Shown here: piece by piece, positions 1 to 11,200 of the stretch
How positions within the stretch are numbered: position 1 is the first letter of the stretch
Layout of the letters: the number at the start of each line of letters is the position of its first letter
Assembly: GCF_046119375.1 (NCBI RefSeq)
Contig: NW_027362767.1
Span: 444,292,001 to 444,356,000, forward strand
Length of the DNA stretch: 64,000 bases
Direction of reading: 5' to 3'
Origin: Phyllobates terribilis
Taxonomy: Eukaryota
The notes under the pieces: generated by a model
The model's database searches: none
Told to the model about the DNA's origin: nothing
What the model saw: only the letters and a program-made list of their open reading frames with translations
Made by a program: the position numbers and the translations under genes

Positions 1-651
1 CTACATCATTTACAGGAAGTGACAGGTAGGCAGCACTATCGGTACCTATATCATTTACAGGAAGTGACAGGTAGGCAGCAATATCTGTACCTACATCATT
101 TACAGGAAGTGACAGGTAGGCAATACTATCTGTACCTACATCATTTACAGGAAGTGACAGGCAGCACCATTTGTACCTACATCATTTACAGGAAGTGACA
201 GGCAGTACTATCTGTACCTACATAATTTACAGGAAGTGACATGTAGGCAGAACTATCTGTACCTACATCATTTACAGGAAGTGACAGGTAGGCAGTACTA
301 TATGTACCTACATCATTTACAGGAAGTGACAGGTAGGCAGTACTATCTGTACCTACATCATTTACCGGAAGTGACAGGTAGGCAGCACCATTTGTACCTA
401 CATCATTTACAGGAAGTGACAGGCAGTACTATCTGTACCTACATAATTTACAGGAAGTGACATGTAGGCAGAACTATCTGTACCTACATCATTTACAGGA
501 AGTGACAGGTAGGCAGTACTATATGTACCTACATCATTTACAGGAAGTGACAGGTAGGCAGTACTATCTGTACCTACATCATTTACAGGAAGTGACAGGT
601 AGGCAGTATTATCTGTACCTACATCATTTACAGGAAGTGACAGGTAGGCAG
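1..651. repeat. 45-bp minisatellite (ctacatcatttacaggaagtgacaggtaggcagtactatctgtac)n
   Basis: About 14 tandem units, some 4 bp shorter. The ORF track shows the 15-aa periodicity YLYLHHLQEVTGRQY. Confidence 0.97.
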
Positions 652-1595
652 TAGTGATGAGTGAGCATAACCGCAAGCACTCGGTACTCACCCGAGCATC
701 TCAGTACTCGAGATGCTCAGAGCTCGCCGAGAAATTGCAAGATGCTCGGGTGGATGCTCGGGTCCTCTCCTTGCATGTTAGAGCGCCAATCAACATGCAG
801 GGATTGCCTGCCACTCATTGTAGTGCTGCAGCCATGGTGGTTGTGGCATTACAGTGATTGGCTGGCAGCACAGCGTCATCGGGTCTATATCAGACCTGGC
901 GCCGCTGTGATCGTCACAGTCACTCTGAAATCAGGCAGAATAGGGAGAGCTGCTGCTGAGCTAGGGAGAGATTTTCTTGTGTATTAGGTAGTGTAGGGAG
1001 AAAAACCATACATTACACATATCCATCTTAACAAACAGTCCTTCTGAGGACTAATCCATCTGCAGAGATATCAGGCAGGCAGTGTATATAGGCAGGCAAG
1101 GTATATAGCAGACTGCAGTGCATATAGCACAAGAGGCTCCATTCCAATTCTGCTTTCTGCTGCTGTTAGATATTTCTATACAAAGGCCCAGGTCTCAGGG
1201 GTCAGGAATACTTTTTTTTGGATCTTAATCCTCATTATTTGTTTAAAAAGCAATCCACAGAACGTTGTTTTTCCGCGCCATTTGCTTTTTGGCACTGCAG
1301 AATACAGCCAGGTCCTTTCCATATTACAGCGCTAGAAATCCAGTTATTTAAAACCGTGCTTTCTCCATCACATGGATCACATATGCGTTGTCAGAAAATA
1401 CTGCCATTTCTGGCCTCCATTAAAAATTTCTTTTAGTGTGTCAGTGAAGCAATTCACAGCAGTTTGCTGTTCAAACTAGTTACCTACAGGCCAGGTATTT
1501 AAAACTCTGTTTTCTCCGTCACACGGATCACATATAAGTTCTCTCCAAACTCAGTCATTTGTAGTGAGCGTGGAAGATACTGTCCTCCATTTAAA

Positions 1596-4500
1596 ATGGG
1601 CAAGGCACGTGGCAAGGGACAGGGAACTGGACGTGATGGTGATGATGCATGCCAAGGCCGAGGACAAGGCCGTGGGCAAGCTGAAATTGTGCCACAACAA
1701 ACACCCACATCTTCTCGCCCGACCTTCCTGTCCCAATTCCTAGGGGACCGCAACACACCACTATTGAACCCAGAGCAGTGTCAAAAGGTTGTTGGTTGGA
1801 TAGCGGATAATGCTTCCAGTCACTTAGCCACCACGACCACCCTGTCTTCCACACAGTCAAGTCTCAGTAGCCGTGAGTCTGGACCGCATATTCCTCACCC
1901 TGATCCTCCTTCCTCCCACCATGCCGAGTGCCCGGAGGCAACTGATCCCACACTTGGACACTCTGAAGAGCTGTTCACTTTTCCATTTATAGATTTGGGC
2001 CTCTCGCCCGGTCCACTTGAAGAGGGGCAAGAGGAGATCGTGTGTAGCGATGCCAAAATATTTGAGCAGCCACGGTCACACGAAGCCAACCGTGGGAAAG
2101 TGTCACAAGAAGTGGACTATGATGAGACACAATTGCCAGAAAGTCAGGAGGAGGACCACGGTGCGGAAGTGGAAGACGAGGTGGTGGATGATATAGTGAC
2201 TGACCCAACCTGGCAGGAGGACATGCAGAGTGAGGAGAGCAGCACACAGGGGGAGAGAGGCAGAGCACCCCAACAGGCAGGAAGAAGCAGTGTGGTGGCC
2301 GCAGACAGAAGGCAGGCAACCGTTCCTTGTAGCACCAACAAGAAGGAAGTTGCCAGTACAACTATTAGATCTTCCAAAGTCTGGTTGTTTTTTAAAGACT
2401 CTGTCGATAACCCCAAAAAGGCAATTTGCATCAGCAGGGGTGGCAAAACGACCAGCCTGACCACCACCAGCATGATCAGGCACATGGCAGCAAAGCACCC
2501 GACTTTGTGGGCTGAACCCCAGGGTCCAGGAACAGTGTCAGCAGATGGCACCATTGCTTCATTCGCTGTCGTGCATGCAAGCCAATCCCTTGTCCATGGT
2601 GCATGCGAAGATGTCTCCTGCCCTGCACCTGTCGTTGCACACTCTCAAGTAGCAGCATCAGCAAGCACATCCACGTCCTTGTCCCAGCGCAGCATTTAGT
2701 TGTCCATACCCCAGTCCTTGGAATGCAAGCGCAGATACACAGCCAACGCCCCACAGGCCACACTACTAAATTCTCACATTTCACGACTGCTTGTACTCGA
2801 AATGTTGCCTTTTATGCTAGTGGAGACAGAAGCATTGCGCAACCTGATGGCGGCGTCCGTCTCTCGGTACTCGGTCCCCAGCCGCCACTATTTCTCCCGG
2901 TGTGCCGTCCCCGCATAACACAAGCACGTGTCCCTAAACATTAGCCTTGCCCTCAACAACGCAGTTACCGGGAAAGTCCACCTAACCACGGACACGTGGA
3001 CAAGTGCTTGTGGGCAGGGACGGTACATCTCTTTGACGGCACACTGGGTTAACATAGTGGAAGCTGGGACTCAGTCGGACCTTGGGACGGAACACGTCCT
3101 CCCGACGCCAAAGATTGCGGGCCCTAGGTCAATCAGAGTTGCCCCCACGGTCCACAGCTCCTGCACCTCCTCTTCCTCTTCAGCCTCCATCTCCGAAATG
3201 ACCACATCAGTCACAAGCTGAAAGCACTGCAGCACTGCCTCGGCCAAGCGGCAACAGGCTGTGCTGAAGCTAATATGCTTAGGTGAAAAACCGCACTATG
3301 CTGAAGAGTTGTGGACAGCTCTGAAAGAGCAGGCAGATCTGTGGCTCACACCACTGAACCTACAGATAGGCATGGTCGTGTGTGACAATGGCCGGAACCT
3401 GGTGGCGGCTTTGAGGCAAGGCGAGCTCACACACGAGCCATGCCTGGCCCATGTGCTTAACCTCGTGGTTCAGCGGTTTCTCAAATCCTACCCGGATCTG
3501 CCGGATCTGCTTGTTAAAGTACGCCGCCTGTGTGCCCATTTTAGAAAGTCAGCTACAAGTTCCGCCACCCTTGCCGTGTTTCAGAATCATTTGCAGCTTC
3601 CAGCTCACAGCCTGGTGTGTGAAGTCCCCACATGTTGGAACTCTACACTGCAGATGTTGGGAAGGATTTGTGAGCAGAAGAGGGCAGTTGTTGAGTACCA
3701 GCATCAACAAGGCTGTCGCTATTCAATTCAGACTCCACACATAAGACCTCAGGAGTGGACATGGATGCCAGACATATGTACCATCCTCCAAAACTTTGAG
3801 GACTCCACCAAGATAGTGAGCGGTGATGACGCCATAATTAGCGTCACCATCACCTTTCTCTGTCTTCTGAAACTCTCTCTGCTCACAATCAAAGATGATG
3901 CATTGCAGGCGGAGCATGATGAGATGGAGCAAGGAACCATACAGGATGATTTCACACAGCCCAACCTCATCTCATCCCAACGTGGATTGGGTGACAATGA
4001 GGAAGAGGAGGAAGAGGAGGAAGGACTGGAGCTAGTTTCATGCACTATAGACAGTACTACCTGCACAGCTGTCATACCGTCTGTTCAGCGTGGATAGCCA
4101 GAGGAGAGAGAGGAGGAGGAGGAGAGCATGGTCAGTCATCCTCTTGGTGAGGACACGGAAGTCTTGCCTGTTAGCAGTCTGGCACGCATGGCTGAGTTTA
4201 TGCTACACTGCCTTTCCCATGACCTTCGTGTTCTCAAAGTTTTGGGTGACAGTCATTACTGGTTGGTGACACTTCTAGACCCACGCTACAAGGAGAAACG
4301 TTATATTTCTTATTCCTGAGGCAGACAGGTCTACAAAAATGGGGCTGTACCAGAAGGCCCTTGTTGCGGAACTATTAAAAAAATTCCCATCTGAAAATGC
4401 TGGCAGCAGAGGGCACACTTCGTTGGACAACCAAGGAGTGCAGGCGAGAGAGACACAACTTCAATCCAGCAGAGGCAGGGGAACACTGTCAAAGTTCTGG

Positions 4501-4881
4501 GAGAGTTTTCTCAGCCACTCCCATCGCACAGGCCCTGAGGCGCGGGGTACTATCAAAAGGAGCGCAAAGTTTGGGAAGATGCTGAGGGAGTACCTTGCCG
4601 ACCGTACCAACGTCCTCCGTGATTCCTCTGTGCCTTACAATTATTGGGTATCCAAGCTGGATACGTGGAATGAACTGGCTCTCTATGCTTTGGAGGTCCT
4701 GGTCTGCCCTGCCGCCAGCGTTTTAACAGAGCGGGTTTTTAGTGCCACTGGTGGAATTATAACTGATAAGCGCATCCGCCTGTCAACTGAAAATGCTGAC
4801 AGGCTGACTGTTATAAAAATGAACAAGGGCTGGATTGGGCCAGACTTCTCAACACCACCGAATGACAGCAGCGTAACATAA
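1596..4881 (+). pseudogene. hAT (Ac/ZBED-like) transposase pseudogene
   Basis: BED-finger remnant (KVWLFF...MIRHMAAKH, with CxxC deleted), catalytic-core motifs HLTTDTWT, VCDNGRNL, CLAHVLNLVVQ and PTCWNST, and the C-terminal dimerization motif CPAASVLTERVFS...KMN. In-frame stops at 2697, 2916, 3219 and 4095, and a frameshift near 4300. Confidence 0.95.
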
Positions 4882-5169
4882 ACTCCAATCCAGTGTCTTT
4901 TCATGATAGGTGTATTCCCATGCACCTTTTCTCACCCATACATGGGTATACGCTTCCTGATTTTGGCTATTTGCTCTTGTCCTCTTCCTTCTCCTCATCC
5001 TCCACCACCATATCACCAGGGTGACCATGGTCCATAATGCAAAACCCACATAATTTTTTTAAAGGGTGTTTATGATGCCCGTAAAAAAAAATTTTTATAC
5101 AGTATGTTCATGTATACCCCCCAGGGGTTAATGTTTGTCAGCCCATACACTTAATGCATGGGCATTACA

Positions 5170-5580
5170 AGTATAGGAGGACCGCTCTTTTCTAATGGGA
5201 AAATTTTTTATGGGGCCCTACTCCACGTCTCTTCCAAGGGTCATTGAAGTGCCTCCAAATTTTTGGCAGCCCTTGCATTCACTGCAAAGGCCAACACTAT
5301 GGGAGACCGACTTACTAAAAATGGGAATATTTTTTTATGAGGCCCTCTACGTCTCTTCCAAGGGGCATTGAAGTGCCTCCAATTTTTTGGCAACCCTTGC
5401 TTTCACTGCATAGGCAAACACAATGGGAGATCAACTTCCTAATAATGGGAATATTGTTTTCAGGAGGCCCTCCTCTAAGTCTCTTCAAAGGGGTATTGGG
5501 GTGCATCCAAATTTTTGGCAGCCCTGGCATGCACTGCATTCGCAATAACAGTATTGGAGACCCACTCTTTAGAAATGGGA
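5170..5580. repeat. About 120-bp degenerate tandem repeat in the 3' subterminal region of hAT copy 1
   Basis: Recurring gggagacc...atgggaa...gaggccct...ccaaatttttggcagccc blocks. A homologous array lies at 30640-31400 in copy 2. Confidence 0.75.
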
Positions 5581-5719
5581 ACAATAAAACATAGCTGGCT
5601 GATGGCTCTCTAAGAATAGTCAGGGCCGACTGCTGGTCCTTTAAGAATAGTAAATGCCGCCTGATGGCCCTATAAAAATAGGCTTTGTGACTCTCAGAGT
5701 CCCTCCTTCATAAATTAAA

Positions 5720-6713
5720 TGTGACACCCCAGGGGTCTGGTTGCCACAGTGATAGAGATATTACGTCTGAGAGCAGGTGGGAGGTCTCTTGGTCAGGGAT
5801 CCTATGCATGCCACACCTCCTGCCCAGTCCTGGGAGGGGAAGAACTTCCCCTATATTAACCTAGGGCTGAGGCAGGGTTAGTGAGTAGAGAAGAAGTAGA
5901 GACAGAGAAGCAGATATAGGAAAAGAACATCAGGAGCTCTGTGGGAACAGTGCTACAAGGAGTCAGGGGCTGGCAGCTGCAGAGCTCGTCCTGACTGAGA
6001 AGTATCACCGGACCCGGAGTCCGAGGCTGTGGGGACTAATCTCTACCCAGCAGCAGAAACCGACCGGCAGGGGATTGCAGGTCCTCTGGCCCAGAAACCC
6101 GAAGGCACGGTCACACGCGTGGGACCAGCACCGCCATCGTGGAGCGGAAGCCATTAGAAGGCCCCGAGTCACCGGCCATACGGGTGAGCACCACACGGTA
6201 CACTCAGGGACGTGGGCTACTTTTACCCGCCTCTAGCAAGGTAGCCAGAAGAGTACAGTTAGTTGGGAAGGCCTACAACTCCGCCTGGCCAGGGGAGATC
6301 CCATCTGCTCAAGGACTGACCAGGCCCCGATTGCTAGCAAGTACTCCGGGAGGGTCTATCTTTGTCACCAGTAAAGACCCTGAACTACACCGCATCGTCT
6401 CTGAGTGGTTCCTGCTACCCCCATCATCCACGTCGGCTGCCCTGAGGCCATACCCCTCCCGTTGGGGGTTATACCATCCACGCTGCACCATCCTTCCACC
6501 GGCCTCAGCGGTCTGCCCTGCAGCGGCAGCTCCATAGCTGCATTCAACGGGTGGCGTAGTCATCCACCATCTACTGCTAATAGACTGCCACTTAGTCTGA
6601 CTCCCTGGGCACGGACCGGGTCACCGCCACGAGACTACTACCCCCATCTGATCCGGCTCCGGGTAGGCTCCCGCGTGCGCAACGCTGCGCGACTCAGGCC
6701 CAGGGGCGCGTCA
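5720..6713 (+). repeat. 5' LTR
   Basis: TGTGACACCCC...GGCGCGTCA. Identical to 12655-13648 except for two substitutions seen by eye (5989/12924 and 6325/13260). Confidence 0.97.
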
Positions 6714-6718
6714 ACTTT

Positions 6719-6737
6719 TGGCGTAGTCGGCAGGATT
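6719..6737 (+). promoter_or_regulatory. Primer-binding site complementary to the tRNA-Ser 3' end
   Basis: TGGCGTAGTCGGCAGGATT lies 5 nt after the LTR and is the reverse complement of the vertebrate tRNA-Ser 3' end (...AATCCTGCCGACTACGCCA), recalled from established knowledge. Confidence 0.9.
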
Positions 6738-6792
6738 TCGTGCCCGCAACCACCGGGTACTGCGTGCCTGAAAAAGAGACTTTTGAAACTTA

Positions 6793-6985
6793 CCATCCGT
6801 GAAGTTTTCCCGCCATCCGGCGCCATCTTCAGCCTTCTTCCCGCCATCCGTGAAGATTCCCGCCATCCGGCGCCATCTTCAGCCTTTTTCCTGCCATCCG
6901 TGAGGTTTTTCCGCCATCCGGCGCCATCTTCGGCCTTCTTCCCGCCATCCGTGGAGTTTTCCCGCCGTTGGCCGCCATCTTGAGG
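6793..6985 (+). repeat. About 50-bp tandem repeat (about 4 units) in the Gypsy leader
   Basis: ccatccgtg recurs at 6793, 6844, 6894 and 6945. Confidence 0.9.
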
Positions 6986-7207
6986 ACGCCGCGCGGGAAG
7001 AAGAGGGGCGTGGACTCCGAAAGCGCGCGAGAACTGAAGCCCCGCCTCACGTCCGGACGTTGCGTAAGGTCCTGGAAGGAGCCCAGCAGACGCCGACGTC
7101 ACAGGAGCGCGACGGAAGGTCCTCAACCCTGACGATCCACTGCGGAGCCGCGGCCTACGGAAGAGGATCATCGCAAGGTAGGCCACGGTCCACTAGGGGG
7201 GAGAAGG

Positions 7208-8188
7208 ATGTCGGATACGGAGGAGAGCTTCACCGCTTCAACCCCCGCCAGCGCCACCGCTGTTGCGGTCATGCCTTTCACCATGCCCTATATCCCGGGG
7301 GCAGCCTGGCTACCCCAGTACTCAGGGGAGTCCCATACCCTGCATGACTTTAGAGAAAAGCTGGATAGCCTCTTCCAGGTGTACCCCCTCACAGAGGAGC
7401 AAAAAGTGAGCATCCTGGTGGCCCAACTAACCGGGGCAGCCCAAAGGGAGGTAAAGTTCTGGCCACCTGGGGGGAGGACTGTCGCGGGGATACTAACCCG
7501 GCTGAGGGACACCTTTGATACCCGCACCTCAGCCGAGATCAAGCTTAGATTCTACGGGTGCAAACAGCGGGCACATGAGAGTATAAGGGACTATGCCCTG
7601 AACCTACAAGAGGCCCTGAGAGCCATTAAGCAGACCGACCCTGATGGCGTGGGAGACGAGGACAGGCTGTTGACTGAACAATTTATAGAGGGTTTATATT
7701 GCAATGCCCACCGAACCCAGTTGCGGGCAATGGCCTTACAGGACCCTCATCTGGGATTTGCACAGTTCAAGGACAGAGCCATCCGGGTGCTTCGAGAACC
7801 GGCACCCGGTGGCGTTGTGACCCACAGACGCCCCACTACCACTTACCACCAGGAGGCGGCGCCCTTGTCGGCAGGGCCTGTGGGAGCTGATGCGCAGGCT
7901 TTGAACAATGACCCGGCTCCAGACCTGCACCATCAGGTCCAAGAGCTAGCTAAAAGCGTTGCTGCGCTAACCCGAACTGTGCAGTCTTTACAGGTTTCCA
8001 CTCCAGGGAAGATCCAGCTGGCATCCGGACCGGAGGACATCCCGTGGCGTCGACCAAAGAGGACCCCACCGGCCAGAGGAAAACCCAGCGACCGATACAA
8101 TGAGGACGGACGACCCATCTGCCGCCGCTGCAATCAACCCGGACATATCGCAAGGTACTGTCCTTTAAACTGGCACAACCTGGGGTAG
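7208..8188 (+). CDS. gag: Gag (capsid plus CCHC zinc knuckle)
   Basis: 326-aa intact ORF ending in the C-X2-C-X4-H-X4-C knuckle CRRCNQPGHIARYC. Confidence 0.93.
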   Translation: MSDTEESFTASTPASATAVAVMPFTMPYIPGAAWLPQYSGESHTLHDFREKLDSLFQVYPLTEEQKVSILVAQLTGAAQREVKFWPPGGRTVAGILTRLRDTFDTRTSAEIKLRFYGCKQRAHESIRDYALNLQEALRAIKQTDPDGVGDEDRLLTEQFIEGLYCNAHRTQLRAMALQDPHLGFAQFKDRAIRVLREPAPGGVVTHRRPTTTYHQEAAPLSAGPVGADAQALNNDPAPDLHHQVQELAKSVAALTRTVQSLQVSTPGKIQLASGPEDIPWRRPKRTPPARGKPSDRYNEDGRPICRRCNQPGHIARYCPLNWHNLG

Positions 8189-8222
8189 AGGGCCAACCCC
8201 CAGGAAAAAGATCACCAGGCCC
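8164..8222 (+). promoter_or_regulatory. Predicted -1 ribosomal frameshift signal (slippery heptamer plus pseudoknot)
   Basis: T TTA AAC at 8164-8170 in gag phase, an 8-nt spacer, stem CCTGGGG/CCCCAGG (8179-8185/8198-8204), and loop GGGCC (8190-8194) complementary to GGCCC (8218-8222). The pol frame is -1 and open from the heptamer. Confidence 0.8.
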
Positions 8223-11200
8223 ATCGAACTGGCGCAACAAATATGTGGGAGGACGTCCGGTCTTACCTGTGGTACTGGATGGCATTCCTATGAGTGCCCT
8301 GCTGGACACCGGGTCACAGGTCACCACCATCCCGTACGTGCTCTTCAAGCAGTACTGGAATGACTCGGATATCACCCGCTACCCTGACGACGACTTGAGT
8401 ATCATCGCCAGCAATGGTCAGCCCGTGCCACAGATTGGATTTAAAGAGGTGACCATTAAAATCGGTAGAGTCGAATTGGCGGCACAGGGACTGATCATTG
8501 TAGACATTGACAAACACGAGAGTCACCCAAAGATAACTCTAGGAACTAATGTAATTGAAAATTGTCTTGCAGAGGTGATTTTCCTTTTACAGCAGGTTGC
8601 CAAGAACGCCAGCTCCGGCCAGCAGCGAGTGCTCCAGAAAGAGATCCGGGCACTGATGCGACGGCAACAGCTAGAACTCTCCGGTGGTGAGATTGGTAGC
8701 GTGCGAATGTGTGACCCTTTCCCTATTGCCATGCCCCCAAAAAGTGAAATGATGATTTGGTGCCGGGCAGCTATTGGTCTGAGAGGTAGAGATTACCAGG
8801 CAATGGTAGAACCAGTTTACTCAGATAGTAGGCCCACCATTTTGACAGCACGGGGGGTGGTCAATGTACGCCATGGGAGGGTGCCCGTTCGCATAATAAA
8901 TATCGGGAAGAGGGAAGTGTACCTGCCCCGGTATGCCACGCTAGCCAAATTGTATACCATCAATCAAGATTCCATACAGTCCGTAGAACCCTTGCCTCCA
9001 TCTTCCCCGGAGGAAGGTAACGGCTCTAAGAAAACGATGGAGGACTGGTGTCAGCAACTACATTTGGGTACTGACTCCACTCCCTCACACCAGAAACAGG
9101 GAGTCTATCGGGTGGTTCAAGAGTACGAGAGAGTGTTTAGTAAACACCCGTTAGACTTCGGGCGAGTCAAGGGGGTAGAACACCACATCCCCACGGGAGA
9201 CCATCCTCCCATAAAAGAGAGGTATCGACCCGTACCCCCTGCACACTACCAACACGCCAAGGGGATGCTTAGAGACATGAAGGAGGCTGGGGTGATCAGG
9301 GATAGCTGTAGCCCCTGGGCAGCTCCACTAGTCTTAGTCAAAAAGAAAGACAACACCATGAGGATGTGTGTAGATTACCGGAAAATCAACCGTATCACAC
9401 ACAAGGATGCGTACCCCTTACCAAGGATAGAGGAGTCTTTGGCTGCTTTAAGATCTGCTAACTTCTTCTCTACCTTGGATCTCACTAGTGGGTACTGGCA
9501 GGTTCCTGTAGCAGAGGTGGACCGGGAGAAGACCGCATTCACCACCCCGATGGGACTTAGCGAGTTTACCTGCATGCCGTTCGGACTCTGCAACGCACCA
9601 GGAACCTTCCAACGATTAATGGAGTGCTGTCTGGGCCACAGAAACTTCGAGATGGTCTTGTTGTACCTGGACGATGTAATCGTATATTCCAAGACGTATG
9701 AGGACCACCTGAAACACCTGGCGGAAGTGTTCAAAGCTCTGGCAAGCTACGGCCTAAAGGTGAAACCCTCCAAGTGCCACCTCCTGAAACCAAAGGTGCA
9801 GTACCTGGGACACGTGGTGAGCGCTGATAGAGTGGCTCCCGACCCCGATAAGATCACCGCAATTAAGTAATGGCCAAGTCCCTCCAGTGTAAAAGAAGTG
9901 CGGCAGTTCCTCGGGTTGGTAGGCTATTACCGCAGATTCATCCCCGGTTTCACCAAAAAGGCAGCTCCTATGCAGGACCTCCTGATAGGCCAGTCCCGGA
10001 AGGCCAAGAACCAGAAGCCACCCTTCAGATGGGAGAAGTTAGAAGAAGAGTCCTTCCGCCAGCTGAAGATGGCCCTCACGGGGGATGAAGTCCTGGCGTA
10101 CCCTGATTACAGCCAGCCCTTTATCCTCTACACCGACGCAAGTAACATCGGGCTAGGAGCCGTGTTGTCCCAGATCCAGCAGGGGAAAGAACGAGTAATC
10201 GCTTACGCCAGCCGAAAACTGCGACCCACCGAGAGAAACCCTGAGAATTACAGCTCATTTAAGCTAGAGTTCCTGGCAGTGGTGTGGGCAGTCACCGAAC
10301 GCTTTAAGCACTACCTCGCTTCTTCCCGGTTCATCGTGTACACGGATAACAGCCCGTTGACACACCTGGACACGGCAAGACTCGGTGCCCTAGAGCAGAG
10401 ATGGATGGCCCGTCTGTCCAACTACGAGTTCACAATCAAATACCGGGCAGGACGCTCCAATACCAACGCGGACGCCCTGTCCAGGATGCCAAACCTACCG
10501 GACGTAGGAGAAGATCCAGAGGGACTGGAAGAAGTTGAACTCCCCGCGTTCCACCGTCATGGGACTATCCAGTATTCCCATCGGGTAAAGAGTAAGCAAG
10601 CCGCTACGTTTAACCCCTTGCCTCACTACAACTGGGAGGAAACGCAAGACAGTGACCCTGCCGTCCGACTGGTGAAGGAGATGCTGACTCGGCCAGAGGC
10701 TCGCCTTCACCCAGACGCTCCGGAGGAAGCCAAGCAACTATGGGCTGAGAAGAGTCGACTGTTCCTTTACAAGGGGAAGTTGTGCCGCAGAATGGTTAAC
10801 TCCCGGACGCATGAACTAATCTGGCAAGTAGTGGTGCCACGAAGAGACGCAGCCATGGTGATGGAGGCATACCACGACGGGGCTGGACACTTCGGATGGA
10901 AGAAGCTGGAGTTCCTGCTGCGCGAGCGGTTTCACTGGGTAGGCATGAGGGTAACCATCGAGAGGTGGTGCAGAGACTGTGGCCCGTGCAACCTAAGAAG
11001 GAAGGACCGTGCCAGCCAGAAGACTCCCCTGCAGTCCATCGTCAGCCGGCAGCCATTGGAACTGGTAGCCTTGGATCATGTAAAACTGACCCCAAGCAGA
11101 AGTGGCTACGTCTACGCACTAATCATCGTGGATCACTATTCCCGGTTCTTGGTTGTCGGCCCCGTCAAGGACTTAACAGCTCAAACAGCAGCTAGAGCCT

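Noticed and set aside
1-691. ORFs with 15-aa periodicity, and a CRISPR-like look of the repeat
   Set aside because: These are translations of a 45-bp tandem array. There are no unique spacers or cas genes, and the context is eukaryotic.
6005-6563. 132-aa and other ORFs within the LTRs (also 12940-13498)
   Set aside because: They are duplicated only because the LTR is. They are GC-rich, begin with a non-ATG codon and show no recognisable domain.
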